Assembly: GCA_036677065.1 (NCBI GenBank) | Contig: JAKFBS010000002.1 | Coordinates: 704,001-768,000 of the forward strand | Direction: 5' to 3' | From: Bdellovibrio sp. | GTDB taxonomy: Bacteria > Bdellovibrionota > Bdellovibrionia > Bdellovibrionales > Bdellovibrionaceae | DNA: 64,000 nt | Shown here: positions 36,818 through 47,577 of the stretch, in pieces | How positions within the stretch are numbered: position 1 is the stretch's first letter | Layout of the letters: each line of letters opens with the position of its first letter | The notes under the pieces: model-generated | Told to the model about the DNA's origin: nothing | Seen by the model: only the letters and a program-made list of their open reading frames with translations | Databases searched by the model: none | Program-made: the position numbers and the translations under genes

Positions 36818-39163
36818 ATGATGGCCTTTAAAAGAAGTCTAATTACAACAGCTGTAATTACTAGTTTTTTAGCTTCACAATTAACAGGAAGTTATTGTTT
36901 TGCTCAGTTTGAGGATTTTCCTCCTCCACCACCTATTGATGATTTTGCGGCACCTTCGGTTGGAGAAGTTCCACCTCCGCCGCCACCTACTCCCAGCATA
37001 GGTGGCAACCGCGCAGGAACAGCGCCAACTGGATCTGGCCCGGCAAAAGTGATTTCTGCTAAAGGAACTAAATCTACGGTTTTATCTGACAAACAACGTG
37101 ATAAGTTTGCTAAAGCCGGCCCTGAAGACATCACTTCTGAAAACTTTCCAGAAACTATTGAGTCATTCGATTTTCCGAATGTGGATATCACTGATATTAT
37201 CAAAGCCATTTCTGAATTAACCGGAAAAAACTTTATTATCGATTCTACTGTTCGTGGTAAAATCACGATCATTGCTCCAAGTAAAATTACTGTAGCCGAA
37301 GCCTACAAAGCTTTCTTATCATCATTAGCGATCAACGGTTTTACGATTGTTCCTTCTGGTGGATTCTTAAAAATCAGAAATGCAAGATCTGCGCAACGTG
37401 ATGGTATTGATATCTATTCTGGATCGTACTATCCGAACGCCGATCAAATGATCACTAAAGTAGTGCATTTAAAGCATATCTCGGCTGAGACTTTAAAACA
37501 GCAATTAGGTCGTCTATTAAATTCTTCTTACGGTGAAATCGAAGCTTACCCGCAAACGAACTCGATGATTATTTCTGATTTCGGTTCTTCGATTGATCGT
37601 ATTATGAAAATTATCAATCAATTAGATGTTCCGGGATTTGAAGAGCAATTAGAAGTTGTTGGTATCAAATACGCAAAATCTAAAGATATCGCTGATCTTA
37701 TCGATAAAATCGTAAATAAAGGCCAAAAGCCAGCAAGCACTGGTGGTTTTAATGCAGGTGTTCCTCGTTTTAGCGGCGGTGGCGCAAGCACTGGCGGTAA
37801 ATCTGGTGGAGCGGCCTCGTTTTTAGTGTTTCCGGATGATCGTACGAATTCTTTAATCATCGTGGGTAACCGCCCAGGTATTGCGCGTGTAAAAAGATTA
37901 GTGGCGCAATTAGATTTTAAAGTTCGCGCTGAAGATCAAGGTGGCGTTTATGTTTATTACGTTAAACATGGTAACGCTGAAGATATCGCAAAAACTTTAT
38001 CTGAAGTAGCTAAAGAATCGGCTCCGAAAGCCGCCCCTACTGGTGGTTTTGGTTTTCAGGCGCAAGGACAAGCTGCCGTTCGTGAAGGTTTATTTGGCGG
38101 CGAAGTTTCAATTAAGTCTGATAAAAATACGAATGCTTTGGTGGTTTCTGCAAGCAAACAAGATTACGAAAAAGTTTTATCTATCTTAAACAAATTAGAT
38201 ATTCCGCGCGATCAGGTGTTTGTTGAAGCAATCATTATGGAAATGAACATGTCTGATGGTATCGAATCAGGCGGTGGTTTAGTGCAATTTGGTAAAGACG
38301 GCGGTAAAGCCGGATTTGCTTCTAGTGATACTGATTTAGCTGCAGTTTTAAATCCATTGTCGGGCGCAGGCTCTGCGATCTTAGGATTCTCTTCTGGCCG
38401 AGTGACTGTTCCTAAAGACATCACTAACCCTGCTGGCGGCAGCATCGAAATCCCTTCACTATTAGGCTACTTAAAATTCGTAAAACAATTTGGTAAAACA
38501 AATATCTTATCAACGCCACAAATTATCGCGACCGATGCCCAAACAGCAACGATCGAAGTGGGTGATAAAGTTGTAACTCGTAATATCGTAACTCCTGGAG
38601 TAAATGGCGCACCGTCGCAGTCTTCTCCTGAGTTTGGTGATGCGACGATCAAAATGGAAATCAAACCGTTTATTTCTCCGACATCGAATTCAATTCGTAT
38701 GGAATTTAAACAAACAATCAATCAGTTATCGAGCGTACAAGTTCCAACAAGTTTTCAAGGACAAGTGCAACCTTTAGCAACGCGCTCTATCAATACTAAT
38801 GTTGTTCTAAACAATGGAGACACTGCAGTAATCGGTGGATTGATGAAGGATGAAGACTCTGAAACAATCGCAAAAGTTCCTATTTTAGGGGACTTACCTA
38901 TTTTAGGATGGTTTTTCAAATCAAAAAAATCAACTAAGCGCAAAGTGAACATGTTAGTGTTTTTATCACCAAAAATTATTCGTAATCGCGCTGACAGCCA
39001 AAATCTGTTAACATACAAAACAGATGAACGCTTACGCTTCTTAAAACAAAACGGTGGTAAAGATCCTTATGGATCAACTATCGATAAAGTTTTAAAACGC
39101 GATCGCGTGCCGCAATCAACCGGCGCTGCAGATAATGACATGCAGCCAGTGATTAAAAAATAA
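36818..39163 (+). CDS. gspD: Type II secretion secretin
   Basis: Signal peptide, Pro-rich N-terminus, N0-N3 domains, LD.PR.QV.VEA.I.E, KVP.LGDLP.LG.FF. Confidence 0.96.
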   Translation: MMAFKRSLITTAVITSFLASQLTGSYCFAQFEDFPPPPPIDDFAAPSVGEVPPPPPPTPSIGGNRAGTAPTGSGPAKVISAKGTKSTVLSDKQRDKFAKAGPEDITSENFPETIESFDFPNVDITDIIKAISELTGKNFIIDSTVRGKITIIAPSKITVAEAYKAFLSSLAINGFTIVPSGGFLKIRNARSAQRDGIDIYSGSYYPNADQMITKVVHLKHISAETLKQQLGRLLNSSYGEIEAYPQTNSMIISDFGSSIDRIMKIINQLDVPGFEEQLEVVGIKYAKSKDIADLIDKIVNKGQKPASTGGFNAGVPRFSGGGASTGGKSGGAASFLVFPDDRTNSLIIVGNRPGIARVKRLVAQLDFKVRAEDQGGVYVYYVKHGNAEDIAKTLSEVAKESAPKAAPTGGFGFQAQGQAAVREGLFGGEVSIKSDKNTNALVVSASKQDYEKVLSILNKLDIPRDQVFVEAIIMEMNMSDGIESGGGLVQFGKDGGKAGFASSDTDLAAVLNPLSGAGSAILGFSSGRVTVPKDITNPAGGSIEIPSLLGYLKFVKQFGKTNILSTPQIIATDAQTATIEVGDKVVTRNIVTPGVNGAPSQSSPEFGDATIKMEIKPFISPTSNSIRMEFKQTINQLSSVQVPTSFQGQVQPLATRSINTNVVLNNGDTAVIGGLMKDEDSETIAKVPILGDLPILGWFFKSKKSTKRKVNMLVFLSPKIIRNRADSQNLLTYKTDERLRFLKQNGGKDPYGSTIDKVLKRDRVPQSTGAADNDMQPVIKK

Positions 39164-39171
39164 GGATTTTA

Positions 39172-40863
39172 ATGGCTCAAATGGATATTCCTCTTTTATT
39201 AGGTAAATCGACTAGTCTGACACCCGATCAGATTAAATCGGTTTTAAAAAATCCAGCCACTTCGCGCCCGATTAGCGTAGGTGAAACACTATCCTCACGC
39301 GAGTATGCAACGGCTGATGATCTTGTGGCTGATTTATGCCGCGAGCTTGGTTTGGATTTTGTTAAAGATATCGCCGTCAGCGAAATCTCGGCTGATCTAG
39401 TTCGTGATATCCCGATCAATTACGCAAAAACTCAGGGCGTATTACCATTTAAAGAAGAGACTGACACATTATACGCCTTAACTTCAAATCCGGTAAATAC
39501 AAAAGCTCTGGATGATTTACGTGCCCTGTTTGGTAAACGCATTCGCCCGATGGTGACAACATCACAGCGCCTGCAAGAAGCTATCAATCGCGTTTATGAA
39601 AAATCGACTTCAAATATGTCTGGTATGGATGATATTGAAGATGATGAAATGGATTTAGAAGATCCAATCATCGATTTACTTGAAGCTGGCGAAGATGATG
39701 CGCCGGTGATTAAATTAGTGAATTCAGTTCTGTTTCGCGCCGTTAAAGAAAAAGCTTCAGATATCCATATGGAGCCTTATGAAAAAGACATGGCCGTGCG
39801 TTACCGTATCGACGGTAATTTGTATGACGTGTTTAAACCACCTAAAAAATTACAAAACGCAATCACATCGCGTATTAAAGTTATGGCCAATCTTAATATC
39901 GCCGAAAAACGTCTACCGCAAGATGGTCGTATTCCGTTAAAAGTCGGCGGTAAAGATATTGATATTCGTCTTTCTACGGTACCGACTACTCATGGTGAAC
40001 GTATTGTTATGCGTCTTCAGGATAAATCATCACAAGTGCGTGAATTACATCACGCAGGTTTTTCTCAAGAACTTTTAGATACCTTAGATAATATGATTGA
40101 AAGATCGTACGGAATTTTACTAGTCACCGGCCCTACCGGTTCTGGTAAATCAACTACGCTATATGGTTGTGTTTCTAAATTAAATAAACCTGATATTAAT
40201 ATCTTAACGATTGAAGATCCGGTAGAGCAACGTATTCATGGCGTTGGCCAAGTGCAAGTGAATGCAAAAATTGGTTTAACTTTCGCTGCAGGTCTTAGAT
40301 CATTTCTTCGTCAAGATCCAGACATCATCATGGTGGGAGAGATTCGTGACTTAGAAACTGCAGAGCTTGCGATCAATTCATCACTAACGGGTCACTTAGT
40401 GTTATCTACGATCCATGCCAATGATGCGGCCGGTGCGTTCCCGCGTTTAATGGATATCGGTGCTGAGCCGTTTTTAATTGCCACTTCAATTCTTGGAATT
40501 TTAGCGCAGCGTTTAGTGCGCGTATTATGCCCGCACTGTAAAGCGCCGCACACCCCGTCTGCTTTTGAATTAGAAACCTTAGGCATCACTGCTGAACAAG
40601 CCCGCGGTGCAAATATTTGTAAAGCGATGGGCTGCGAACACTGCGGCCAAAAAGGTTATGTCGGTCGTACGATTATCGCAGAACTTCTTCCTGTAACTGA
40701 TGATATTAGATCTTTAGTAATGCAACGTAAAGATGGTAACACCATCAAAAAGTTAGCGGTTTCTAAAGGGTTTAAAACTTTCCGTGATCATGGTATTCAA
40801 AAAGTGATGGCGGGAATTACCACAATTGAAGAACTATTAACAAATACGCAGATTGATATTTAA
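39172..40863 (+). CDS. gspE: Type II secretion ATPase
   Basis: ASDIH, GPTGSGKST, TIEDPVE, LRQDPD, TGHLVLST.H, two CxxC motifs. Confidence 0.97.
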   Translation: MAQMDIPLLLGKSTSLTPDQIKSVLKNPATSRPISVGETLSSREYATADDLVADLCRELGLDFVKDIAVSEISADLVRDIPINYAKTQGVLPFKEETDTLYALTSNPVNTKALDDLRALFGKRIRPMVTTSQRLQEAINRVYEKSTSNMSGMDDIEDDEMDLEDPIIDLLEAGEDDAPVIKLVNSVLFRAVKEKASDIHMEPYEKDMAVRYRIDGNLYDVFKPPKKLQNAITSRIKVMANLNIAEKRLPQDGRIPLKVGGKDIDIRLSTVPTTHGERIVMRLQDKSSQVRELHHAGFSQELLDTLDNMIERSYGILLVTGPTGSGKSTTLYGCVSKLNKPDINILTIEDPVEQRIHGVGQVQVNAKIGLTFAAGLRSFLRQDPDIIMVGEIRDLETAELAINSSLTGHLVLSTIHANDAAGAFPRLMDIGAEPFLIATSILGILAQRLVRVLCPHCKAPHTPSAFELETLGITAEQARGANICKAMGCEHCGQKGYVGRTIIAELLPVTDDIRSLVMQRKDGNTIKKLAVSKGFKTFRDHGIQKVMAGITTIEELLTNTQIDI

Positions 40864-40865
40864 TT

Positions 40866-42086
40866 ATGCCATTATTTGAATACAAAGGTTTAAGTCGCGA
40901 TGGAAAAACAGTCAGAGGCACTCTGGACTCTGAAAACCTTCGCACGGCGCGCACCAAGCTAAAAAAAGATGGCATCTTTGTTGTCGATATTAAAGATAAA
41001 AAAAAAGCAGCCGGCATTAAAAAATCGGCCATCCGCTCAACGGGCACGGTTCCGGTTAAAGACTTATCGTTAATGACCAGACAGCTTGCGACTTTAATTA
41101 AAGCTAATATTCCGTTAGTTGATGCTTTGACGGCCATTGCCGAGCAAGTTGAGAATCCGATTTTATCTGAAGCCATTTCTGACTGTAAGAATATGGTCAA
41201 CGAGGGGCAATCGCTTCACAAAGCCCTTTCAAAATACCCAAATGTTTTTGACACGATTTATATTTCGATGGCAGAAGCTGGTGAAATGTCAGGAACTCTT
41301 GATATTATTCTGCTTCGCTTAGCTGAATTTACCGAAGCCCAAGCCGAACTTCGTCAACGTGTGGTCAGTGCCATGACCTACCCAATTATTATGTTGTGCG
41401 TGATCACGTTAGTGATGTTCGGTTTGTTTACAAAAGTATTACCTGAAATTTTAGCAATTTTTGATTCAATGCCTGATATGACTTTACCGGTTATGACTCA
41501 ATACATTGCGGCAATCAGTAAAGTGTTTGTTGAAAGCTGGTACTGGATCGCTGGTTTTATTATTATTACAGTTTTAGTTTTCTTAAACTGGAAAAACTCT
41601 AAAGAAGGCCGTAAATCTTGGGATGCTATTATTCTTAAAATTCCAGTGGTGGGCGAAATCACACGCATGGTCGCCATATCGCGCTTCACTCGTACATTAG
41701 CCACGTTATTAGCCGGCGGTGTGCCCATGCTAAATGCTATGGATATCGTTCGTAACGTGGTTGATAACCACGTTTTAGCTATGGCTATTGATGAAGCTAA
41801 GAGCAATATCTCTGAAGGGGAATCAATTGCTGGACCTTTAAAAAAATCAAACCAGTTCCCGCCTATCGTAGTTCACATGGTGAATATCGGCGAAAAAACT
41901 GGCGATTTAGAAAATATGCTGTCTTTAGTCGCGGATGCTTATGACTTTCAGGTTAAATCTAAGGTCGATGGTTTAACAACATTGCTAAATCCAATCATGA
42001 CTTTGTTGATTGGTATTGTGATCTTTGTCATAGTAATATCTATTATTGTTCCGATGTTCGATATGACATCTAAATTAGGGGGATAA
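40866..42086 (+). CDS. gspF: Type II secretion inner-membrane platform protein
   Basis: TRQLATL, GE.SG.L, YP, GE.TG.L; three TM helices. Confidence 0.96.
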   Translation: MPLFEYKGLSRDGKTVRGTLDSENLRTARTKLKKDGIFVVDIKDKKKAAGIKKSAIRSTGTVPVKDLSLMTRQLATLIKANIPLVDALTAIAEQVENPILSEAISDCKNMVNEGQSLHKALSKYPNVFDTIYISMAEAGEMSGTLDIILLRLAEFTEAQAELRQRVVSAMTYPIIMLCVITLVMFGLFTKVLPEILAIFDSMPDMTLPVMTQYIAAISKVFVESWYWIAGFIIITVLVFLNWKNSKEGRKSWDAIILKIPVVGEITRMVAISRFTRTLATLLAGGVPMLNAMDIVRNVVDNHVLAMAIDEAKSNISEGESIAGPLKKSNQFPPIVVHMVNIGEKTGDLENMLSLVADAYDFQVKSKVDGLTTLLNPIMTLLIGIVIFVIVISIIVPMFDMTSKLGG

Positions 42087-42092
42087 ATCCAC

Positions 42093-42545
42093 ATGCTAAA
42101 TTTGTTTAAATCTCAACGTTCTATTTCGACTATTTCTAACAACAAAGGTTTCTCTCTTGGAGAAATCATGATCGTATTAGTGATCATCGGCGGCATCATG
42201 GCCATCGTGTTACCTAAAATTCAAGATGGTCAGAAAAAAAGTCAGGTCAATCAAACAAAAATGAAAATGACCGAAGTCACTACTAAACTAAATGAGTATT
42301 ATGCTGAATGCAGCAAATACCCAACGTCTTTATCTTTCATTACTGATGACGATGCTGATTGCAAAAATTGGACATCAAATCCAAAACTAAAACATCTTTT
42401 AAAAGATGCTTGGGGATCTGACTTCCAATACGGCACTGCAGGCAATGGTTATAACTTAAGTTCATTAGGTGCTGATAAAAAAGCTGGCGGCTCATCATTT
42501 GATAAAGATTTATTCTCTGACGAATCAGTCGGTGGCGAAGAATAA
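42093..42545 (+). CDS. gspG: Major pseudopilin
   Basis: KG|FSLGE class III signal; YP; DAWG; SLGAD...GG...D.D. Confidence 0.9.
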   Translation: MLNLFKSQRSISTISNNKGFSLGEIMIVLVIIGGIMAIVLPKIQDGQKKSQVNQTKMKMTEVTTKLNEYYAECSKYPTSLSFITDDDADCKNWTSNPKLKHLLKDAWGSDFQYGTAGNGYNLSSLGADKKAGGSSFDKDLFSDESVGGEE

Positions 42546-42559
42546 GCCGCCCAACAATA

Positions 42560-43198
42560 ATGGCGAAGAGTAATTTGAACTCTTTCGTTTCGAATCGTAA
42601 AGCCCCTTCGGACCGAGGATTCTCGCTGATTGAAATTATCATTGTGATAATGATTATCGGCGGAGTTCTTTCTATGTCGCTTTCGCGAATGTCGTTTGGT
42701 AAAAAAGTTGATAATCGCACCGTCTTTCGCGACATTGTAATTGCGGTCAAAGAAGTGCGTAATCGCGCCAAACTCTACAACACCAACTACCGCTTAGTTT
42801 TTAAAATTGACGAAAAAGAATCTAGCTTTTGGTTAGAAAAATCAATTTCCCCTACTCTGATTGATAAAGAATTTTTGGCCAAACAACGCGAACGTGGCAA
42901 TAAAGAAGACGAAGGCGCTCCGCCTTCGCCTTATCAAGTCGACACCGGTTATCTTAAAAAAGAAAAGGTACTGGCTTCAGGTTACCTTGTTAAACAGCTG
43001 GAAAGTGGCCCGCAAGATGCGGTCTTCACTGAGGGCATGGTCTACATTCATATTTTTCCGACTGGCATGGTTGAACCCGTAGCCTTACAAATTCAGGATC
43101 CAAGAAAAAACATCTGGACGCTTGTCTTTAACCCGCTCACAGGTCAAGCTGATATTATAGAGGGTGCAAAATCATTACGTGATTTAAGCCGTCAATAA
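42560..43198 (+). CDS. gspH: Minor pseudopilin H
   Basis: RG|FSLIE; F.PTG; PLTG; position in cluster. Confidence 0.8.
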   Translation: MAKSNLNSFVSNRKAPSDRGFSLIEIIIVIMIIGGVLSMSLSRMSFGKKVDNRTVFRDIVIAVKEVRNRAKLYNTNYRLVFKIDEKESSFWLEKSISPTLIDKEFLAKQRERGNKEDEGAPPSPYQVDTGYLKKEKVLASGYLVKQLESGPQDAVFTEGMVYIHIFPTGMVEPVALQIQDPRKNIWTLVFNPLTGQADIIEGAKSLRDLSRQ

Positions 43199-43227
43199 GT
43201 TGTGCTGAAAGCGCACCAATACTATTA

Positions 43228-43746
43228 GTGAAGATGAAATTAAAGAATATAAAAGCCTTTACCTTAATCGAAGTTGTTCTTGCTATGATGATCATGGCAT
43301 CGGGGATGTTTATCTTAACAAACTCTTGGGCTGGCACATACAACCGTTTAAAAAAAACGCAAACTCAAGTGCAATTAGCGGCGCTGTTAGAGCGCAAGAT
43401 TGTCGAGCTTGAACGCGAATTTAAAACTCAAAATCTGGATGCTATCAAAGAAGAAGATGCTGGTGATTTTGGATCTGAACTTGAAGGTTACTCGTGGGAA
43501 ATGAAATCGCAAAAAGTCGAATTCCCTGATCTTTCAGGAATTATTGGCGGCGTCGGCGACAATCAAAACTTAGATTTAATTTCGATCATGAAAATTTTCA
43601 CCGAGCATTTATCTAAATCAGTTAAAGAAGTTAAAGTCGCTGTAACCTACAAAGACAAAAAAAAGCCGATCACTGTTGATGTGGTATTTTATGTTATAGA
43701 TTACGACAAACCACTCCCTTTACCAGGAGGCACCGGTGGGTCGTAA
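43228..43746 (+). CDS. gspI: Minor pseudopilin I
   Basis: KA|FTLIEV; position in cluster. Confidence 0.78.
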   Translation: MKMKLKNIKAFTLIEVVLAMMIMASGMFILTNSWAGTYNRLKKTQTQVQLAALLERKIVELEREFKTQNLDAIKEEDAGDFGSELEGYSWEMKSQKVEFPDLSGIIGGVGDNQNLDLISIMKIFTEHLSKSVKEVKVAVTYKDKKKPITVDVVFYVIDYDKPLPLPGGTGGS

Positions 43747-44569
43747 AGCCTTTACTTTAATTGAAGTGATTTTAGCAATTAGTATTTTAGCGACGCTGAC
43801 AGTGCTTGTCGCAACAACATTAGGTAATGCCTTAAGGGCGCGTACAAAAATTCAAGCTGAAGTACAAGATGTATCTGGTCTTCGCGATGCGATTAAAATT
43901 ATGCGCGCTGATTTATATCAAGCGTATAATCATTACGATTTTGAAAAAGAAATTTTAGATGCCGCTAAAAAAACTACAGCAAAACCAGGACAGCCGCCTC
44001 CAGCGACACTTCCGCCGCCCTGGAATGACCCAAATGCGGCACCGGCGCGCGAAAATAAACGTGAAGATCCAAAAACGGATTTTGTCGGCGATACCGAACA
44101 AGTTAACTTTGTGACTTTAAATAACGGACGTTTTTTAGCCAATGATATCCAGGCTGATTTTGTTGAAGTTGGTTACGCCCTTAAAGGTTGTAAAAATTTA
44201 ACTAAAGACACTTCAAGCCAGTGTTTATTTCGTCGCGTGCAAAAAGTTTTAGATGCAGATGTAACTAAAGGTGGCACTGAATCGGTGTTACTTGAAAACG
44301 TCAAAGAATTCAAACTTCGCTACACCGGCGAAAGCAAAAAAGACTGGCAAAAAGAATGGAAAACCGTTGGCGGCCAAGATGATTCTGTAAAAGGAATTTT
44401 TCCTGACGCTGTTGAAATCACTTTAGCTATTGAGCGCGAATTAAACGGCAAAAAACGTGAATACTCTTTGCAATATGTTGTGCCCTTGCACTTTCCAAAT
44501 AATTCAAAAAAATCGACTGGCACCTCTGGTGCACAGGGCACAGCGCCCACTCCTACAGGAGGCCAGTAA
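43736..44569 (+). CDS. gspJ: Minor pseudopilin J
   Basis: KA|FTLIE; LLENV..F..RY; W..EW; P.AVEI. Confidence 0.82.
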   Translation: MGRKAFTLIEVILAISILATLTVLVATTLGNALRARTKIQAEVQDVSGLRDAIKIMRADLYQAYNHYDFEKEILDAAKKTTAKPGQPPPATLPPPWNDPNAAPARENKREDPKTDFVGDTEQVNFVTLNNGRFLANDIQADFVEVGYALKGCKNLTKDTSSQCLFRRVQKVLDADVTKGGTESVLLENVKEFKLRYTGESKKDWQKEWKTVGGQDDSVKGIFPDAVEITLAIERELNGKKREYSLQYVVPLHFPNNSKKSTGTSGAQGTAPTPTGGQ

Positions 44570-45834
44570 TGTCATTCTTGCAAAGATTAAAATTTAATCC
44601 ACTCGGAACAAGAAAAGAATCTTCTAAAAAAGGCGTAGCCCTTATCCTGGCTATGACTTCGTTACTTTTAATGGTGTGGGTTGCCAGTGAGGTTTCAACC
44701 GATTCTACTATTGAATACGTGGTGAACTCACAAGAAATCAACCGCATCAAAGCTTTTTATTCAGCCCGCAGCTCTTTAGATTTAGCTCTTTTACGCATTA
44801 AAGTTTACCAACAAGCTTCAAGAATGAATTTACCTCCAGGCTTTGCGCAACAAATAAATATGGTTTGGAGTTTTCCGTTCGCCTGGCCTCTGCCCATTGG
44901 GCCCGACGCATCGATTGCCGCAAAAGACGATATCGAAGGGGCCGCAAAAGCTTCAATTTTTGATGGCCAGTACACCCACACGATCACTGATGAAGGTTCA
45001 AAAGTTGACGTGAATGATTTAGCATCGCCGTCAAAAACATTACGCGAGATCACGAAAAAACAGATCTTAACTATTTTTGAAGCTAAGCTGCAAAACGACG
45101 ATAAATTTCGCGATGTTTATGGCAATTATAATTTTGGCGAGTTAGTTAATCGCATTGCTGATTGGATGAGCGAGAAAAACTCTTCTGAAAATGGCGGCGA
45201 TAAACGCCAACCGTTTCAAGGATTAGGCGACACCTACCCACCCAATCGCGGCTTTCGTACCCTTGACGAAATGCGTTTGGTTCCGGGAATGACCGAAGAA
45301 TTTTTTACGCTGATGTCGCCCTCTGTAACTATCTATGGATCTAAAGCCATTAATCCAAATACGGCAGCTAAAGATGTGATTAAATCTCTGGATCCCGGCA
45401 TGACCGAAGAAGCCATCAGAGACGCGCTTGAACGTCGCGATGACGAAGAAAAAGGCGGGCCATTTAAGGGCGCTTCATCTGATGAATGCCGCACTGATTT
45501 TAAAAATTTCGTTGAAGGCCGCGGCGCAAGACTGCTTCCTGAATTTGATAAAATTCCATTTCAATGTGATAGCGTTGTGAATTTTAAAATTGAATCGGTC
45601 GGCATGACCGGCTCTGGTAAAGGTGCGGTTCAGAAAAAAATCACAGCCTATGTGATGAACACGCAAAAAGCGGCAGCGACGATCAAAGGTTATTTAGAAA
45701 AAGAGAAAAAAGAACAAGAAGCGGCTCAAGGTAATCCACCAGCAAATCCACCGCCTGGATCTAAGCCCAGTACACCCGCGCAAGAAGCACTTCCCAAAGG
45801 TCGCCCTCGTATCGTATACTGGGTTGAGCAGTAA
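44569..45834 (+). CDS. gspK: Minor pseudopilin K
   Basis: KG|VALI; DEGSKVDVN; DW; F.TLDE.RLVPG; INPNTA. Confidence 0.9.
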   Translation: MSFLQRLKFNPLGTRKESSKKGVALILAMTSLLLMVWVASEVSTDSTIEYVVNSQEINRIKAFYSARSSLDLALLRIKVYQQASRMNLPPGFAQQINMVWSFPFAWPLPIGPDASIAAKDDIEGAAKASIFDGQYTHTITDEGSKVDVNDLASPSKTLREITKKQILTIFEAKLQNDDKFRDVYGNYNFGELVNRIADWMSEKNSSENGGDKRQPFQGLGDTYPPNRGFRTLDEMRLVPGMTEEFFTLMSPSVTIYGSKAINPNTAAKDVIKSLDPGMTEEAIRDALERRDDEEKGGPFKGASSDECRTDFKNFVEGRGARLLPEFDKIPFQCDSVVNFKIESVGMTGSGKGAVQKKITAYVMNTQKAAATIKGYLEKEKKEQEAAQGNPPANPPPGSKPSTPAQEALPKGRPRIVYWVEQ

Positions 45835-45858
45835 GCATACACAACACGGAAGGACAAC

Positions 45859-47577
45859 ATGCGCGCATTGGGAATTGATATTGGTGAAGATTCCATTAAA
45901 ATTGCCGAAGTTGTTCAAAACAAAAAGTCGATTTACGTTCAAGCCGTTTACGAAAAAAAACTTTCTCAACAAGTTACAGCGCACGATCGCGAAATTGAAG
46001 CCATTGAATACATTCGTCAAATCGCTCCCCAATTAGATTTCGCTTCTGCCCGCGTGGTGATGTCTTTAAGACAAGACAAAGTTACCGTCAGAAAAAAACA
46101 ATTTCCGTTTGCTGACCGTTCTAAAATTTTAAAAAGTTTATCTTTTGAAATGGAAGAAGACATTCCATTTGATCCGGATCTTTGTTTATTTGAAGCTAAA
46201 GTGATTTTGACAGAAGGTCTTTCGGCTCACGTTTTAGCTATTGCTGCGCCAAAAACTCATATCGAAAAATGCTTAAGCATCGCCAAAGATTTCGGCGTTG
46301 ATCCCTACACTTTAACTGTAGATGGAATTGCTTTTGCCAATTTATTAGAAGCTTGGGATAACGCTCCTCCGCAATTTGCGACAGCGACTGGCCCGCTAAG
46401 TTTTACAGCTGATGAAGATATTCCTGAAGTCGAAGAGACTAACAGCAGCCCTGCTTTTGGCAGTCCTATTCAAGTGACCTTAAACATCGGCCACAAAAGA
46501 ACTTTGCTTTGCGCCCAGATCGAAGGCCGTTTAGTTTTTGTTAGAAGTTTAATGTGGGGCGCAGATCAAATTATTTCTGAATTTATGCGCAAGTTTCAGC
46601 TTCCGTATCTTGAAGCACAACGTTTGTTACAAAACGAAGCGGCATTGCTTTTATCAAAAACAAATCAGGATTTCGAAACAGCTAATACCGCATCAACGAT
46701 TGAAAAATCTATGCGCGAATTGGTGCGTGATTTACAAATGTCGTTTTTAGAATTACAAAGTGAATTTCACGGCAATATTCAAAATGTTTATTTAACCGGT
46801 GGCTTATCATTACTACCAAACGTGGGTGCTTTTTTAACTCAACATTTAGAAGTGCCATGTAATCCCGTTTCATTATTAGATCACTATATTGACCCAACAA
46901 CGATTCAAACTAACAACATCCCACTTGAGTCTGTGAAATCACGTTTTGCAACTGCGGTGGGTATTGCGATTGAAGCGTTTAAAAAACCAAAAAACCCTGC
47001 CCTACAATTTATGAAGGGCGAATTCGTTGCTGAAAACAATCGTCTCAAACAATTTTGGACTGATTGGGGTCTAATTGCAAAAACTGCAGCTGCGGCTGTA
47101 ATCGTGTTTTTCATCTGGGGTGGCTTTCGCGAATCGATGACTGTGACCTTAGCTGAAAAAGGCGATGAAGCACTTACAACTCAGGCTAAAAACGTAGCCC
47201 GTCTTCCGCGCAAGCAAGCCAACGAAAAAGGTATTAAAAAATATATCAGCGATAATAAAAAACGCGCCCAAGAATTTAAATTACTAAGCCAAGTGGCAGG
47301 TATGAATTCAGCTTTAGATGTGTTGAAAAAAATTAGCGAAGTTTCACCTGATAAATCGCAAAGTAAAATTGATATCATGCAATTACAAATTACTGACGAT
47401 AACGTAAAAATCGTAGGTTATGCGAATTCTCCGCGCGAAGTCACTTTAATGAATCAGCGCTTGGCCACTATGGCTTTAAATAAAAAAGTAACCGAAGAAA
47501 CACCGACCCTGCCAAGCCAGCCAAATCGCGTGGCTTTTTCATTAAGTTTAAAAACTGACCGAGGATTACTTAAATGA
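45859..47577 (+). CDS. gspL: GspL, PilM-like actin fold fused to a PilN-like periplasmic domain
   Basis: LGIDIG, LTGG.S, TM helix, C-terminal ferredoxin-like domain; follows gspK. Confidence 0.82.
   Translation: MRALGIDIGEDSIKIAEVVQNKKSIYVQAVYEKKLSQQVTAHDREIEAIEYIRQIAPQLDFASARVVMSLRQDKVTVRKKQFPFADRSKILKSLSFEMEEDIPFDPDLCLFEAKVILTEGLSAHVLAIAAPKTHIEKCLSIAKDFGVDPYTLTVDGIAFANLLEAWDNAPPQFATATGPLSFTADEDIPEVEETNSSPAFGSPIQVTLNIGHKRTLLCAQIEGRLVFVRSLMWGADQIISEFMRKFQLPYLEAQRLLQNEAALLLSKTNQDFETANTASTIEKSMRELVRDLQMSFLELQSEFHGNIQNVYLTGGLSLLPNVGAFLTQHLEVPCNPVSLLDHYIDPTTIQTNNIPLESVKSRFATAVGIAIEAFKKPKNPALQFMKGEFVAENNRLKQFWTDWGLIAKTAAAAVIVFFIWGGFRESMTVTLAEKGDEALTTQAKNVARLPRKQANEKGIKKYISDNKKRAQEFKLLSQVAGMNSALDVLKKISEVSPDKSQSKIDIMQLQITDDNVKIVGYANSPREVTLMNQRLATMALNKKVTEETPTLPSQPNRVAFSLSLKTDRGLLK

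Noticed and set aside
45859..47577. PilM-like gene suggesting a type IV pilus operon
   Set aside because: Context is gspC-K and gspM-N with a GspD secretin and no PilT/PilQ; called GspL
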